Assembly (NCBI GenBank): GCA_902582695.1 | Contig: CACHTH010000004.1 | Location: 4,064-68,063, forward strand | Source of the DNA: an uncultured Candidatus Actinomarina sp. | GTDB lineage: Bacteria; Actinomycetota; Acidimicrobiia; Actinomarinales; Actinomarinaceae | Direction: 5' to 3' | Length of the DNA stretch: 64,000 nucleotides | Shown: positions 46,651 to 54,796 of the stretch, piece by piece | How positions within the stretch are numbered: the stretch's first letter is position 1 | How the letters are laid out: each line of letters opens with the position of its first letter | Position numbers and translations under genes: made by a program | The notes under the pieces: generated by a model | Seen by the model: the letters and a program-made list of their open reading frames with translations, nothing else | Database searches by the model: none | Told to the model about the DNA's origin: nothing

Positions 46651-46843
46651 CCGTATAGCCTTGTTCGTCGAGCATGTTAGAAACTAGAGACAAATCTAGA
46701 TCTGAGGAAGACTTAACTTCTACTGATTTTTGATCAATATCAACATTGACAGCTTCAACATTTTCGAGACTATTTACAGTTGACTCAATTGTTTCTTTAC
46801 AGTGTCCACAACTAATTTCAGGTACAGTAAATTTTGTTTCCAT
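46634..46843 (-). CDS. copZ: Heavy-metal-associated (CopZ-like) copper chaperone
   Basis: 69 aa with an ISCGHC motif in a ferredoxin-like HMA pattern. 17-nt overlap with copA. Confidence 0.8.
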   Translation of the reverse strand: METKFTVPEISCGHCKETIESTVNSLENVEAVNVDIDQKSVEVKSSSDLDLSLVSNMLDEQGYTVVESS

Positions 46844-46876
46844 AATTAAATAATAATAATGATGTGTTTATAAAAT

Positions 46877-46900
46877 AAGCCCCTATTTTCATAGGGGCTT
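46877..46900 (-). terminator. Hairpin, probably an intrinsic terminator after the 64-aa gene (alternatively an operator in front of copZA)
   Basis: AAGCCCCUAU-GAAA-AUAGGGGCUU followed by AUUUUAU on the minus strand. A second hairpin GAAATCTC-N6-GAGATTTC sits at about 46904-46925. Confidence 0.55.
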
Positions 46901-46946
46901 ATCGGAAATCTCATGGGGGAGATTTCATTAGGGGGGAGTTTAAAAC

Positions 46947-47141
46947 TTAAGCAGTTTCTTGGAGAATTCTGCCTCTAACTCTAGGATATTTCACTGGAGC
47001 GTGATTGAAGCAATGATCTCTTTTGTTATATATACTTAGTTGAGTACTGCAAGATTCATCTTTACATACTCTGCCCTGGTCAAAACTTTTTGATGGCCTT
47101 ATTCCGCCCTTAATTTGACTAGCTTTTAATCCGTCTGTCAT
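46947..47141 (-). CDS. Small zinc-ribbon-like protein (C-x4-C-x12-C-x2-H), unknown function
   Basis: 64 aa with RVCKDESCSTQLSIYNKRDHCFNH. AAGGAA SD. Confidence 0.6.
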   Translation of the reverse strand: MTDGLKASQIKGGIRPSKSFDQGRVCKDESCSTQLSIYNKRDHCFNHAPVKYPRVRGRILQETA

Positions 47142-47159
47142 TTTGTTCCTTTATATACT

Positions 47160-47177
47160 TTGTGAATATATTCACAA
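47160..47177. promoter_or_regulatory. Perfect 18-bp palindrome containing a CRP/GlxR-type site TGTGA-N6-TCACA
   Basis: TTGTGAATATATTCACAA is fully self-complementary. Its centre lies about 27 nt upstream of the 47141 start codon. Confidence 0.5.
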
Positions 47178-47206
47178 GCTTAACACTTTTATTTTAGATG
47201 GCAACT

Positions 47207-49105
47207 TTATTTTGACAAGTTTTTTTGGGATAAAAAGGCCTCATCATTCCATTTTCTACCTAAAAAGTCCTTAACCATGTTCTCAGCAGGTACAGTTCCT
47301 CCAGGCTTTAGAATTTTATTTTTATAGTCAACACCAACAGAATTAGACAATACCCCTTCATTTTCAAATCTACTAAATAAGTCATCACCGATTATTTCAG
47401 CCCACAAATAACCATAATAAGCCGCATCATACCCACCAAGTAAATGTCCAAAAGCTGCTAGATGATTGATATCTTTCGGATATGTTATTGTTGTAACTTT
47501 TTGAGCTGCATGCTCTATTTCTAAAAGGCTGTCTTTAAAGTTTTCACCATGTAAATGCTGATCTGCAAGACCAAATGAAACCTGCCTGAGTGTAAGTAAA
47601 CTAACTCCAATATTTTTTGATTTATTTAATTTTTCACATATTTCTTCAGACAATGATTCACCAGATTCAATATGCGTTGAAATTCTTTTCATACATTCTA
47701 CTTTCCATACCCAATGCTCCATAATTTGACTTGGTGCTTCGACGAAGTCCCATTCACAGTTTGCACCAACAAATCTCGTATATTTTGATTTTCCAATTCC
47801 GTTGTGTAGAACATGGCCAAATTCGTGAAAAAGAGTTTCAACTTCATCGAAAGTCATTAACCCATCTCCTGTGTTCGGGTTTGGAAAATTTGCAACCATT
47901 GAGCATATTGGCAACTCTTGTCTGCTAGATTCACCAGAAGATATATCGAATACTGCAGCATGTGTAAATTTTCCTTCTCTTGGATAAAGGTCTAAATAAA
48001 AATATGCTAATTGTTGACCATTTTTTTCCCATAAAGACCAAAGCTCAACATCTTCATGCCATGCAGTTTCATTCGATTCAGGTTTTATATGCAAATCAAA
48101 TACTTCTTCACAAACTTTAAACATTTCAGTTTTCACATCATGTATGTAAAAGAATTTTTTTAATTCACTATTTTCAATGCTGCTTACTTTACTTCTTTCT
48201 TTTGAAATAAAATAGCGTATATCCCAAGGAGTTATATCAGAAATTTCGATGTTATCTATAGCAAGTTCAATTTTTTCTACTTCAGCTGCTTTTTGTAATT
48301 TTGGAATCAAGCTCTCATACATTGAAGCTACATTTTTTGGTGACTTTGCCATCCTGTTCTGCAATCTATATTCAGCCCAAGTTTTAAATCCAAACAACAA
48401 AGCTTTTTCATTTCTTAGTTGAACAGCTTTTTCAAGAATTGGACTATTTTCTTTTACAGCTCGATTGTTAAAAGCTTTCCAAACAATTTCTCTAGTATTT
48501 CTCACACTGCAGTTTTCCATAACAGCATTAATGTCTGGATATGCCATTGTTATAACAAAACTATCATTATTTTTCTTCAAGTTTTTAAGTTCGTTTTGAC
48601 TCAGACCTTTTAGTTCTTCTTCCAAAAACATGACTTCAGTTTTGTCCTTTGCAATATTTTCTGAAAAAGAAATGCTGAGATCTATAAGCTTTTTTTCGAT
48701 TTCTGTGAGCCTATCCTTTTTTTCATCTGATAGACCATGTCCTGCATCTTTGAAGTCAATTTCTAAATCTCTATAAAATGTTTTCGATTCTACATCTAAA
48801 TTTTTAGTTTCTATTTCTTTAAACTTTTCGTATAGATCTTGATCTTTAAATATTTCAAGTTCAAGATTTTGTATTTTTGAATCTGCTTCATTTCCAAAAT
48901 CTCTTATTTTTTCATCTGGATGTACATCTCCCATAAACGCAATGCGTCCAGAAAGATCATAAATTGCACTCTCCAGCTCATTAAAATTCGATAAATCGAT
49001 ATTTTCAGAAGATTTAATATTATTAACGAAATCTTTACATTCTTCGATTGTATTTTTTAAGTCTTCTTCTAATTTTCCTAAAGATATATCTGAATAGTTA
49101 TACAC
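47207..49105 (-). CDS. M3 family metallopeptidase (oligopeptidase A / Dcp-like)
   Basis: 632 aa with the LFHEFGHVLH zinc motif and a downstream E ligand region. Confidence 0.85.
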   Translation of the reverse strand: MYNYSDISLGKLEEDLKNTIEECKDFVNNIKSSENIDLSNFNELESAIYDLSGRIAFMGDVHPDEKIRDFGNEADSKIQNLELEIFKDQDLYEKFKEIETKNLDVESKTFYRDLEIDFKDAGHGLSDEKKDRLTEIEKKLIDLSISFSENIAKDKTEVMFLEEELKGLSQNELKNLKKNNDSFVITMAYPDINAVMENCSVRNTREIVWKAFNNRAVKENSPILEKAVQLRNEKALLFGFKTWAEYRLQNRMAKSPKNVASMYESLIPKLQKAAEVEKIELAIDNIEISDITPWDIRYFISKERSKVSSIENSELKKFFYIHDVKTEMFKVCEEVFDLHIKPESNETAWHEDVELWSLWEKNGQQLAYFYLDLYPREGKFTHAAVFDISSGESSRQELPICSMVANFPNPNTGDGLMTFDEVETLFHEFGHVLHNGIGKSKYTRFVGANCEWDFVEAPSQIMEHWVWKVECMKRISTHIESGESLSEEICEKLNKSKNIGVSLLTLRQVSFGLADQHLHGENFKDSLLEIEHAAQKVTTITYPKDINHLAAFGHLLGGYDAAYYGYLWAEIIGDDLFSRFENEGVLSNSVGVDYKNKILKPGGTVPAENMVKDFLGRKWNDEAFLSQKNLSK

Positions 49106-49142
49106 TCAACTCCTTTAACTTTTTATATGATAGTATTTAGTT

Positions 49143-49379
49143 ATGGAAATCAAACTTGAATTTTGTGTAGTTTGAAACTACACACCTCGTGCAGTTGGTA
49201 CGATTGAAGATATCTTAGAAGTTTACGGTAACAAAGTTACAAACATTCAACTAATTCCAAGTGGTGGTGGAGTATTTGAATTTCATTTAAATGAAAAATT
49301 ATTATTTTCAAAAAAAGAACTTGGAAGACACTCAGAAGATGGAGAAATTCTTAAATTAATTGAAGAAGATCTTGGTTGA
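49143..49379 (+). CDS. Rdx (SelW/SelT/SelH-like) thioredoxin-fold protein with an in-frame TGA at the CxxU position; candidate selenoprotein
   Basis: Not in the ORF track. ATG 49143, TGA 49173-49175 in frame, stop 49377-49379. Translation: MEIKLEFCVV[U]NYTPRAVGTIEDILEVYGNKVTNIQLIPSGGGVFEFHLNEKLLFSKKELGRHSEDGEILKLIEEDLG. It fits the Rdx pattern (I.YC..C/U....RA...; G.FEV.....l.fSKk..g.fP). Confidence 0.65.
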
Positions 49380-50110
49380 ATCTACCGTTTGACTTAACGC
49401 TATTTGAAGTAATTTTTATTGCAATATTACTTTTTATTGGCTCTGCCGTTCAAGGCGTTTTGGGTTTTGGCTTTGCTGTTATTGCTTCACCAATAATTGT
49501 TCAAATTGAGCCTAGTCTGGTGCCTCAACTGCTAGCGTTACTTGGTTTGCCACTTGCTTTAAGAGTTTTTTACCGAGAAAAAGACGAAGTTGATTTATCT
49601 AAAGTCAAGCCACTTATTCTAGGTCGATTAATAGGAGGACCAATTGGACTCTTATTATTATTAAACTTATCCGAAAAATATTTATCAATCTCTGTAGGGC
49701 TTATTGTTTTTATAGCAGGTGCAGGCTCTTTTTTTGGTTGGGAAATTAACAGAAATAATTTGAATTCCTTTTTTGCAGGTACTTTTTCAGGTATTTTTGG
49801 GATGATTGCAGCCATTGGTGGTCCTCCTGTAGCTTTGCTTTATAGGAATACTAAATCTCAGGAATTTAGGCCATCTCTCAATAGTGTATTTAGCATAGGC
49901 ATTTTGATTACATTGTCTCTTTTAATTTTTAGTGGCAATCTTTATGTTGACCACCTACTTTTATTTATGTTATTTCTTCCAGTTGTTTTGGTAGGCATTA
50001 GAGTTTCTAGCTCGCTTTTCTCAAAAGTCTCTGACAGTTTTATTGCCCAGTCGGTAACTTATTTTTCCATTATTTCTGGGCTTTATGTTATTTTGAGAAA
50101 CATAAATTAG
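49376..50110 (+). CDS. TauE/SafE (TSUP, DUF81) family anion permease
   Basis: 244 aa, about 7-8 TM, with SAVQGVLGFGFAVIASP near the N-terminus. The TTG start overlaps the stop of the Rdx gene (TTGA). Confidence 0.7.
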   Translation: MNLPFDLTLFEVIFIAILLFIGSAVQGVLGFGFAVIASPIIVQIEPSLVPQLLALLGLPLALRVFYREKDEVDLSKVKPLILGRLIGGPIGLLLLLNLSEKYLSISVGLIVFIAGAGSFFGWEINRNNLNSFFAGTFSGIFGMIAAIGGPPVALLYRNTKSQEFRPSLNSVFSIGILITLSLLIFSGNLYVDHLLLFMLFLPVVLVGIRVSSSLFSKVSDSFIAQSVTYFSIISGLYVILRNIN

Positions 50111-50147
50111 TTTATTTCAACTGGGGGGATTATTAACATATAAGCAT

Positions 50148-51635
50148 ATGTTTATGAACGCCATTATTGCCGGCTTGCTCTACTTCTTAAGTTTCCCTCC
50201 TTATGATTTTTGGTATTTAATATTTCCTGCACTTTATTTTTTTTATTATTCATTGCTTTCAAGTAAAAAATCTTTTCTGTCAGGGTTTATCTTTGGGTGC
50301 GTTGCTTACGGCGTGATTCTATTAGGAATTCAATCAATAGGACTTGAAGCCTGGATACCGTTGACATTTTTAATGGGGTTGATGTATGGAGTATTCTCAA
50401 AATTATTTTCTTATCTAAATACAAAATCTGGAAATAATTTCTATGTATTGTTGGCAGCGTTAGCAGTCTTTGATTTGATCAGAGCATATTTTCCTTTTGG
50501 AGGATTTCCTTGGGGTTTTCCATCAACAGTTTTACTGACAGGCCCTATAGATAGCCCATTATTTTTTGAAGTACCTTTGACATTCAGAAACTTTGGACCA
50601 ACGGGATCTTCGCTTTTACTACAATCTCTTCCTTTAGTAATTGCACTTGGTGTTTTTTCAAAAAGCAAACCAAAAAATTACTTAAAGGATTACAGCATAT
50701 TTTTATTAATAATTTTCACAATATTCATTTCAAATTATGTTGTTAATGACTATCAATACACTCAGTTAGAAACATCAGAACTTAACATTACAATCGTTCA
50801 AGGAAACAGCCCTTGTCCTGGTGCAAAAAACAGATGCATCAATGAAAGACAAAAAATTTATGATAGCCATTTAGCTCAAACCCAATCTCTCGAAGGGAAT
50901 TTTGATTTAGTAGTTTGGCCTGAGAGCTCAACAGGATTTAACAATGATCCGGGAGTACACAGTAGAGTTCAAAATGACGTTTCTACTCAAGCTTTGAGAT
51001 TAGATTCATATTTTTTAATTGGGGGAGACAGACCTGTACAAAAAGAATATTTCGAAAACTACGGAATCTTTATTAACAGAGAGGGAGAGATTGTAGATCA
51101 ATATCTAAAACAGCATCCAGTACCATTTGGAGAATATATCCCTTTTAGAAAATATTTAGATTGGATTCCCCCACTAGCACTGGTTCCTCGCGACATGATT
51201 AGGGGAGATGGTCAAAAAATATTTATGGTTAATGATACAAAAATATCAACTGTTATTTCATTTGAAGGTTCTTTTCAAAGATACATTAGGAACAGTGTCT
51301 TGGACGGTGCAGAGTTGGTTGTAATCCTTACTAACCAAGCAAGCTATGGAGAAAGCGGGATGTCGGACCAATTTATATTAATGTCTAGGGCAAATGCAAT
51401 TTCAAACGATAGACCAATTGTACATGCAGCAATTACAGGTAAATCAGCGTTCATAGATCACAATGGAAAAGTTATTTCTAAAACTGAATTATTTGAAACA
51501 ACAACATTAAATGAAAAACTTGAGGTAAAACAAACAAAAACTCTATACAGCAAATACGGAAATTATTTAAATTATATTTTTATAATATTTGGAGTTCTTA
51601 TCTTTGCTAGAAGATTTATTCGTCCAGTTGATTAA
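50148..51635 (+). CDS. lnt: Apolipoprotein N-acyltransferase
   Basis: 495 aa. N-terminal polytopic region plus a CN-hydrolase domain (VVWPESS, and later ISFEG). Confidence 0.8.
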   Translation: MFMNAIIAGLLYFLSFPPYDFWYLIFPALYFFYYSLLSSKKSFLSGFIFGCVAYGVILLGIQSIGLEAWIPLTFLMGLMYGVFSKLFSYLNTKSGNNFYVLLAALAVFDLIRAYFPFGGFPWGFPSTVLLTGPIDSPLFFEVPLTFRNFGPTGSSLLLQSLPLVIALGVFSKSKPKNYLKDYSIFLLIIFTIFISNYVVNDYQYTQLETSELNITIVQGNSPCPGAKNRCINERQKIYDSHLAQTQSLEGNFDLVVWPESSTGFNNDPGVHSRVQNDVSTQALRLDSYFLIGGDRPVQKEYFENYGIFINREGEIVDQYLKQHPVPFGEYIPFRKYLDWIPPLALVPRDMIRGDGQKIFMVNDTKISTVISFEGSFQRYIRNSVLDGAELVVILTNQASYGESGMSDQFILMSRANAISNDRPIVHAAITGKSAFIDHNGKVISKTELFETTTLNEKLEVKQTKTLYSKYGNYLNYIFIIFGVLIFARRFIRPVD

Positions 51636-52842
51636 ATGGTAAGTTTTTCATAGCCACAGCCTCTATTACACCACTTTGGAAAACTCGTAATCCAAATTTT
51701 GGAAGAATTGCAAATAAGTGATCAAAAATGTCTGATTGTATTTTTTCATAAGCAACCCACTCTGTTGTGTTCGTAAATGTATATATTTCTATAGGTACTC
51801 CTTCAGGAGAAGAGGGTAATTGACGAACTAAAAAAGTCATGGTGTCAGTGTTTAAATTTTGACTTTGCTTCAGATAGTTCTCAACATACGCTCTATAAGT
51901 TCCGATATTTGTTAATCTCCTAGTTTCTAATTGGTTAGAAGACTCACTGTTTAATTTATTAAATTCTTCTAACTCCTTATTTTTTTCTGAAATATAGCTC
52001 TTAATTGGTGAAAGCTTTTGAAGTTCGACTGTTTCTTCTGCTGTTAAAAACTTGATACTAGAAATATCTATTAATATTGATCTTTTTATCCTCCTCCCTC
52101 CATACTCAGACATTGCCCTCCAGTTTTTCACAGAAGTATTAACAATTTTTGATGTAGGTATTGTTGTAATTGTTTTGTCCCAATTTTGCACTTTTACAGT
52201 GTGAAGAGCTATATCTACAACATCTCCATCTGCACCAAACTCGGAAACCTCTATCCAGTCACCAATCTTAATTATGTCATTTTGGCCAATTTGGACTGAT
52301 GCTACAAAAGAAAGAATTGTATCTTGAAAAACTAACAACAATACTGCAGTCAAAGCTCCAAGACCACTTATGTAATAAGCCACTGATTGACCAGTTATTA
52401 TTGCAAAAATAATTATTGCAATGAATGATGCGATAATTATTTTTATTATTTGAATATATCCTTTGATAGGTTTATTTTTTAATACATCTATATTTTCAGA
52501 AACTTTATTGAAAACAGTAAGCATTTCAAGAATGGTAAGACCGACAAACAAAGTCAGTAATGAATCAAGAAGTCTTGAAATTATTGGATTTGAAAATATT
52601 TCAAGATTAAATCTAGGAGATGAGGTCAAAAAGGTAAAAACTATAATTACTAGAACATATGAAAGTCGATTCAGAAATTTTTTTTCCAGAAATAAATCAT
52701 CAATAAACGTTGATGTTCTTTTTGCTATTTTTTTTAATGTAGGAAAGAGGATGCTTCTCAATACAAAATAAGTAATGATTAAAATTCCAAAAATTATTGC
52801 AAGAGACGAGAGTTCAGAGGTTGATAAATTATTCATAGTCAA
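51616..52842 (-). CDS. Mechanosensitive ion channel (MscS family) protein
   Basis: 408 aa. TM region followed by IKIGDWIEVSEFGADGDVVDIALHTVKVQNWDKTITTIP (MscS beta-domain signature). Confidence 0.8.
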   Translation of the reverse strand: MTMNNLSTSELSSLAIIFGILIITYFVLRSILFPTLKKIAKRTSTFIDDLFLEKKFLNRLSYVLVIIVFTFLTSSPRFNLEIFSNPIISRLLDSLLTLFVGLTILEMLTVFNKVSENIDVLKNKPIKGYIQIIKIIIASFIAIIIFAIITGQSVAYYISGLGALTAVLLLVFQDTILSFVASVQIGQNDIIKIGDWIEVSEFGADGDVVDIALHTVKVQNWDKTITTIPTSKIVNTSVKNWRAMSEYGGRRIKRSILIDISSIKFLTAEETVELQKLSPIKSYISEKNKELEEFNKLNSESSNQLETRRLTNIGTYRAYVENYLKQSQNLNTDTMTFLVRQLPSSPEGVPIEIYTFTNTTEWVAYEKIQSDIFDHLFAILPKFGLRVFQSGVIEAVAMKNLPFNQLDE

Positions 52843-52850
52843 ATTTTACC

Positions 52851-53531
52851 TTAAAATCCTTTTTGTTGGCTGATCCAAGGTTCAGGTGAATCATTTACGA
52901 ATTCGTCAACACTTGGACCATTTAAATTTTGTAAACTTCTTTGACCGACAATATATGAAATTACTAAAAGAATTAAGGTGCTTTGATTAGATGTTGCAAG
53001 TTTGATTACAACCAGTATTTCAGGATTGTTAAAGAAGTAAATTTGTAAACCAGCCTTTAGAGACAAATAAATGGTCCAAATAATAGCAACTTTTGTATAA
53101 GCAGGGCGTACTTTTGGGTGAAAATACCACCCTTTAGGCCAATTCCTAAATGCTTTTGAACTATATATGGTAAATGGTTTTCTTATTAGTATCGAAATTA
53201 ATCCAAAGATTGCAATTGTTGCGTCTCTTATAATTCCAGGAATGAAAAATCCAGAAGCACTTCCTTGAAGTCTTGCCAGAAGTAGTGCAATAGCAGATCC
53301 AACAAATCCATAAAAAACAAACTTTAAATCTTGTTTTCTTAGTCTTCTGTAAATTAGAAAAACAATAAGTAATCCACCTGTACTAAAGATCGCTGTATTT
53401 AAATCAACAAAGTTAGCCAACACAACAAAAAACACGGGAGCAATTACGGCATCAATTACACCTTCATTGTTTGGAAGTAAATCTTTTACTTCTTCTCTTA
53501 TTTCAAGAAATTTTGATTTGAATTTATCCAA
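52851..53531 (-). CDS. DUF3159-like membrane protein
   Basis: 226 aa, about 5-6 TM. GFFIPGIIRDATIAIFGLISILIRKPF resembles the DUF3159 core as I remember it. Confidence 0.45.
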   Translation of the reverse strand: MDKFKSKFLEIREEVKDLLPNNEGVIDAVIAPVFFVVLANFVDLNTAIFSTGGLLIVFLIYRRLRKQDLKFVFYGFVGSAIALLLARLQGSASGFFIPGIIRDATIAIFGLISILIRKPFTIYSSKAFRNWPKGWYFHPKVRPAYTKVAIIWTIYLSLKAGLQIYFFNNPEILVVIKLATSNQSTLILLVISYIVGQRSLQNLNGPSVDEFVNDSPEPWISQQKGF

Positions 53532-53532
53532 T

Positions 53533-54795
53533 TTATTTAAATTTATCTTTAAACGTTTTTTCGTCGACGTTTTTTTTAACTTGATTTTCTAAATCTGGAA
53601 ATTCTAATTTAAATTCTTTTTCAAGCTCTTTTTTTAATTCTTCAGCAGATAAATTGTTAAAGATTTCTTCTTGAATTTTTCTATATGCTGTGTCTCTATC
53701 AACCCCGTTGTTCACAAGATATGAAAGATATTTTTGACTTACAGATTTATTTTTTGCATCTTCAAGGTTTATATTTATTTGTTCATAATTTATAACTAGG
53801 TGTTTTAGTATTGAATTCAGCTCAATACTCATAAAACTAATAAGGTGAAAAGCATCTGGGAGCATAATCCTTTCAACTGAAGAATTAGAAATGTCTCTTT
53901 CGTTCCATAAAACCATATTCTCTAAGCTTGTGCTGACATAAGATCTCATTATTCTTGCTAATCCGGTTATTCTTTCGCTACCAATAGGATTCTTTTTATG
54001 TGGCATTGCCGAAGAACCTTTTTGCCCATCTTTAAATGACTCGTACATTTCAGATATTTCAGAACGCTGATAGCTACGTATGTTTGTAGCAATCCTCTCA
54101 TAAGTAGATGCGAGTATGCCAAGTGAGCTAACAACCTCCGCATACCGATCTCTACCTACAATCTGATTTGCAAACTGCTCAGGTTTTAAATTCAATTTTT
54201 CAAGTGTAAGCTTCTCCATTTCCGAAGTTACTACTGAGTGGTTTCCAACTGGGCCACTTAATTTACCAAAAGAAATATTATTTTTAGAATTCTCAAGTCG
54301 ATTCAATCCTCGAGCAACTTCTAGATGCCAGTTGCCAAAGATATTTCCTAAAAAAGTTTCTTCTGCGTAAACACCGTGAGTTCTCCCAATAATCAAGGTA
54401 TCTTTTTCTTGCACAGCTTTTTCCTCTAAAGTTGAAAGAAAATCATTTACTAAATCCTTAACATAATCAAGTGACTGCATAATTAAAACGCTATTTGCAG
54501 TGTCTACTATGTCTGAGCTTGTTAATCCATAATGTATCCAATTAGAACCTTCACCAACTTTTTTTTGCAATATATCAACAAATGAAGCCAAGTCATGGTT
54601 TGTTATCTCCTCTTGTTTATATACTTCATCTTTTTGAACAACTGATTGATTTATTTTTTTAGCGATTCCATTTTCAGCTACATCTAACTCTTCTAGTGTC
54701 TCAACATATTTTTCTTGAACCAATTTCCATGTATCGAATTTGTTTTGATCGTCCCAAATAGAATTAATTTCTGGATTTAAATATCTCTCAATCAT
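53533..54795 (-). CDS. purB: Adenylosuccinate lyase
   Basis: GSSAMPHKKNP fumarate-lyase signature and TSSDIVDTA. 420 aa. Confidence 0.9.
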   Translation of the reverse strand: MIERYLNPEINSIWDDQNKFDTWKLVQEKYVETLEELDVAENGIAKKINQSVVQKDEVYKQEEITNHDLASFVDILQKKVGEGSNWIHYGLTSSDIVDTANSVLIMQSLDYVKDLVNDFLSTLEEKAVQEKDTLIIGRTHGVYAEETFLGNIFGNWHLEVARGLNRLENSKNNISFGKLSGPVGNHSVVTSEMEKLTLEKLNLKPEQFANQIVGRDRYAEVVSSLGILASTYERIATNIRSYQRSEISEMYESFKDGQKGSSAMPHKKNPIGSERITGLARIMRSYVSTSLENMVLWNERDISNSSVERIMLPDAFHLISFMSIELNSILKHLVINYEQININLEDAKNKSVSQKYLSYLVNNGVDRDTAYRKIQEEIFNNLSAEELKKELEKEFKLEFPDLENQVKKNVDEKTFKDKFK

Positions 54796-54796
54796 T

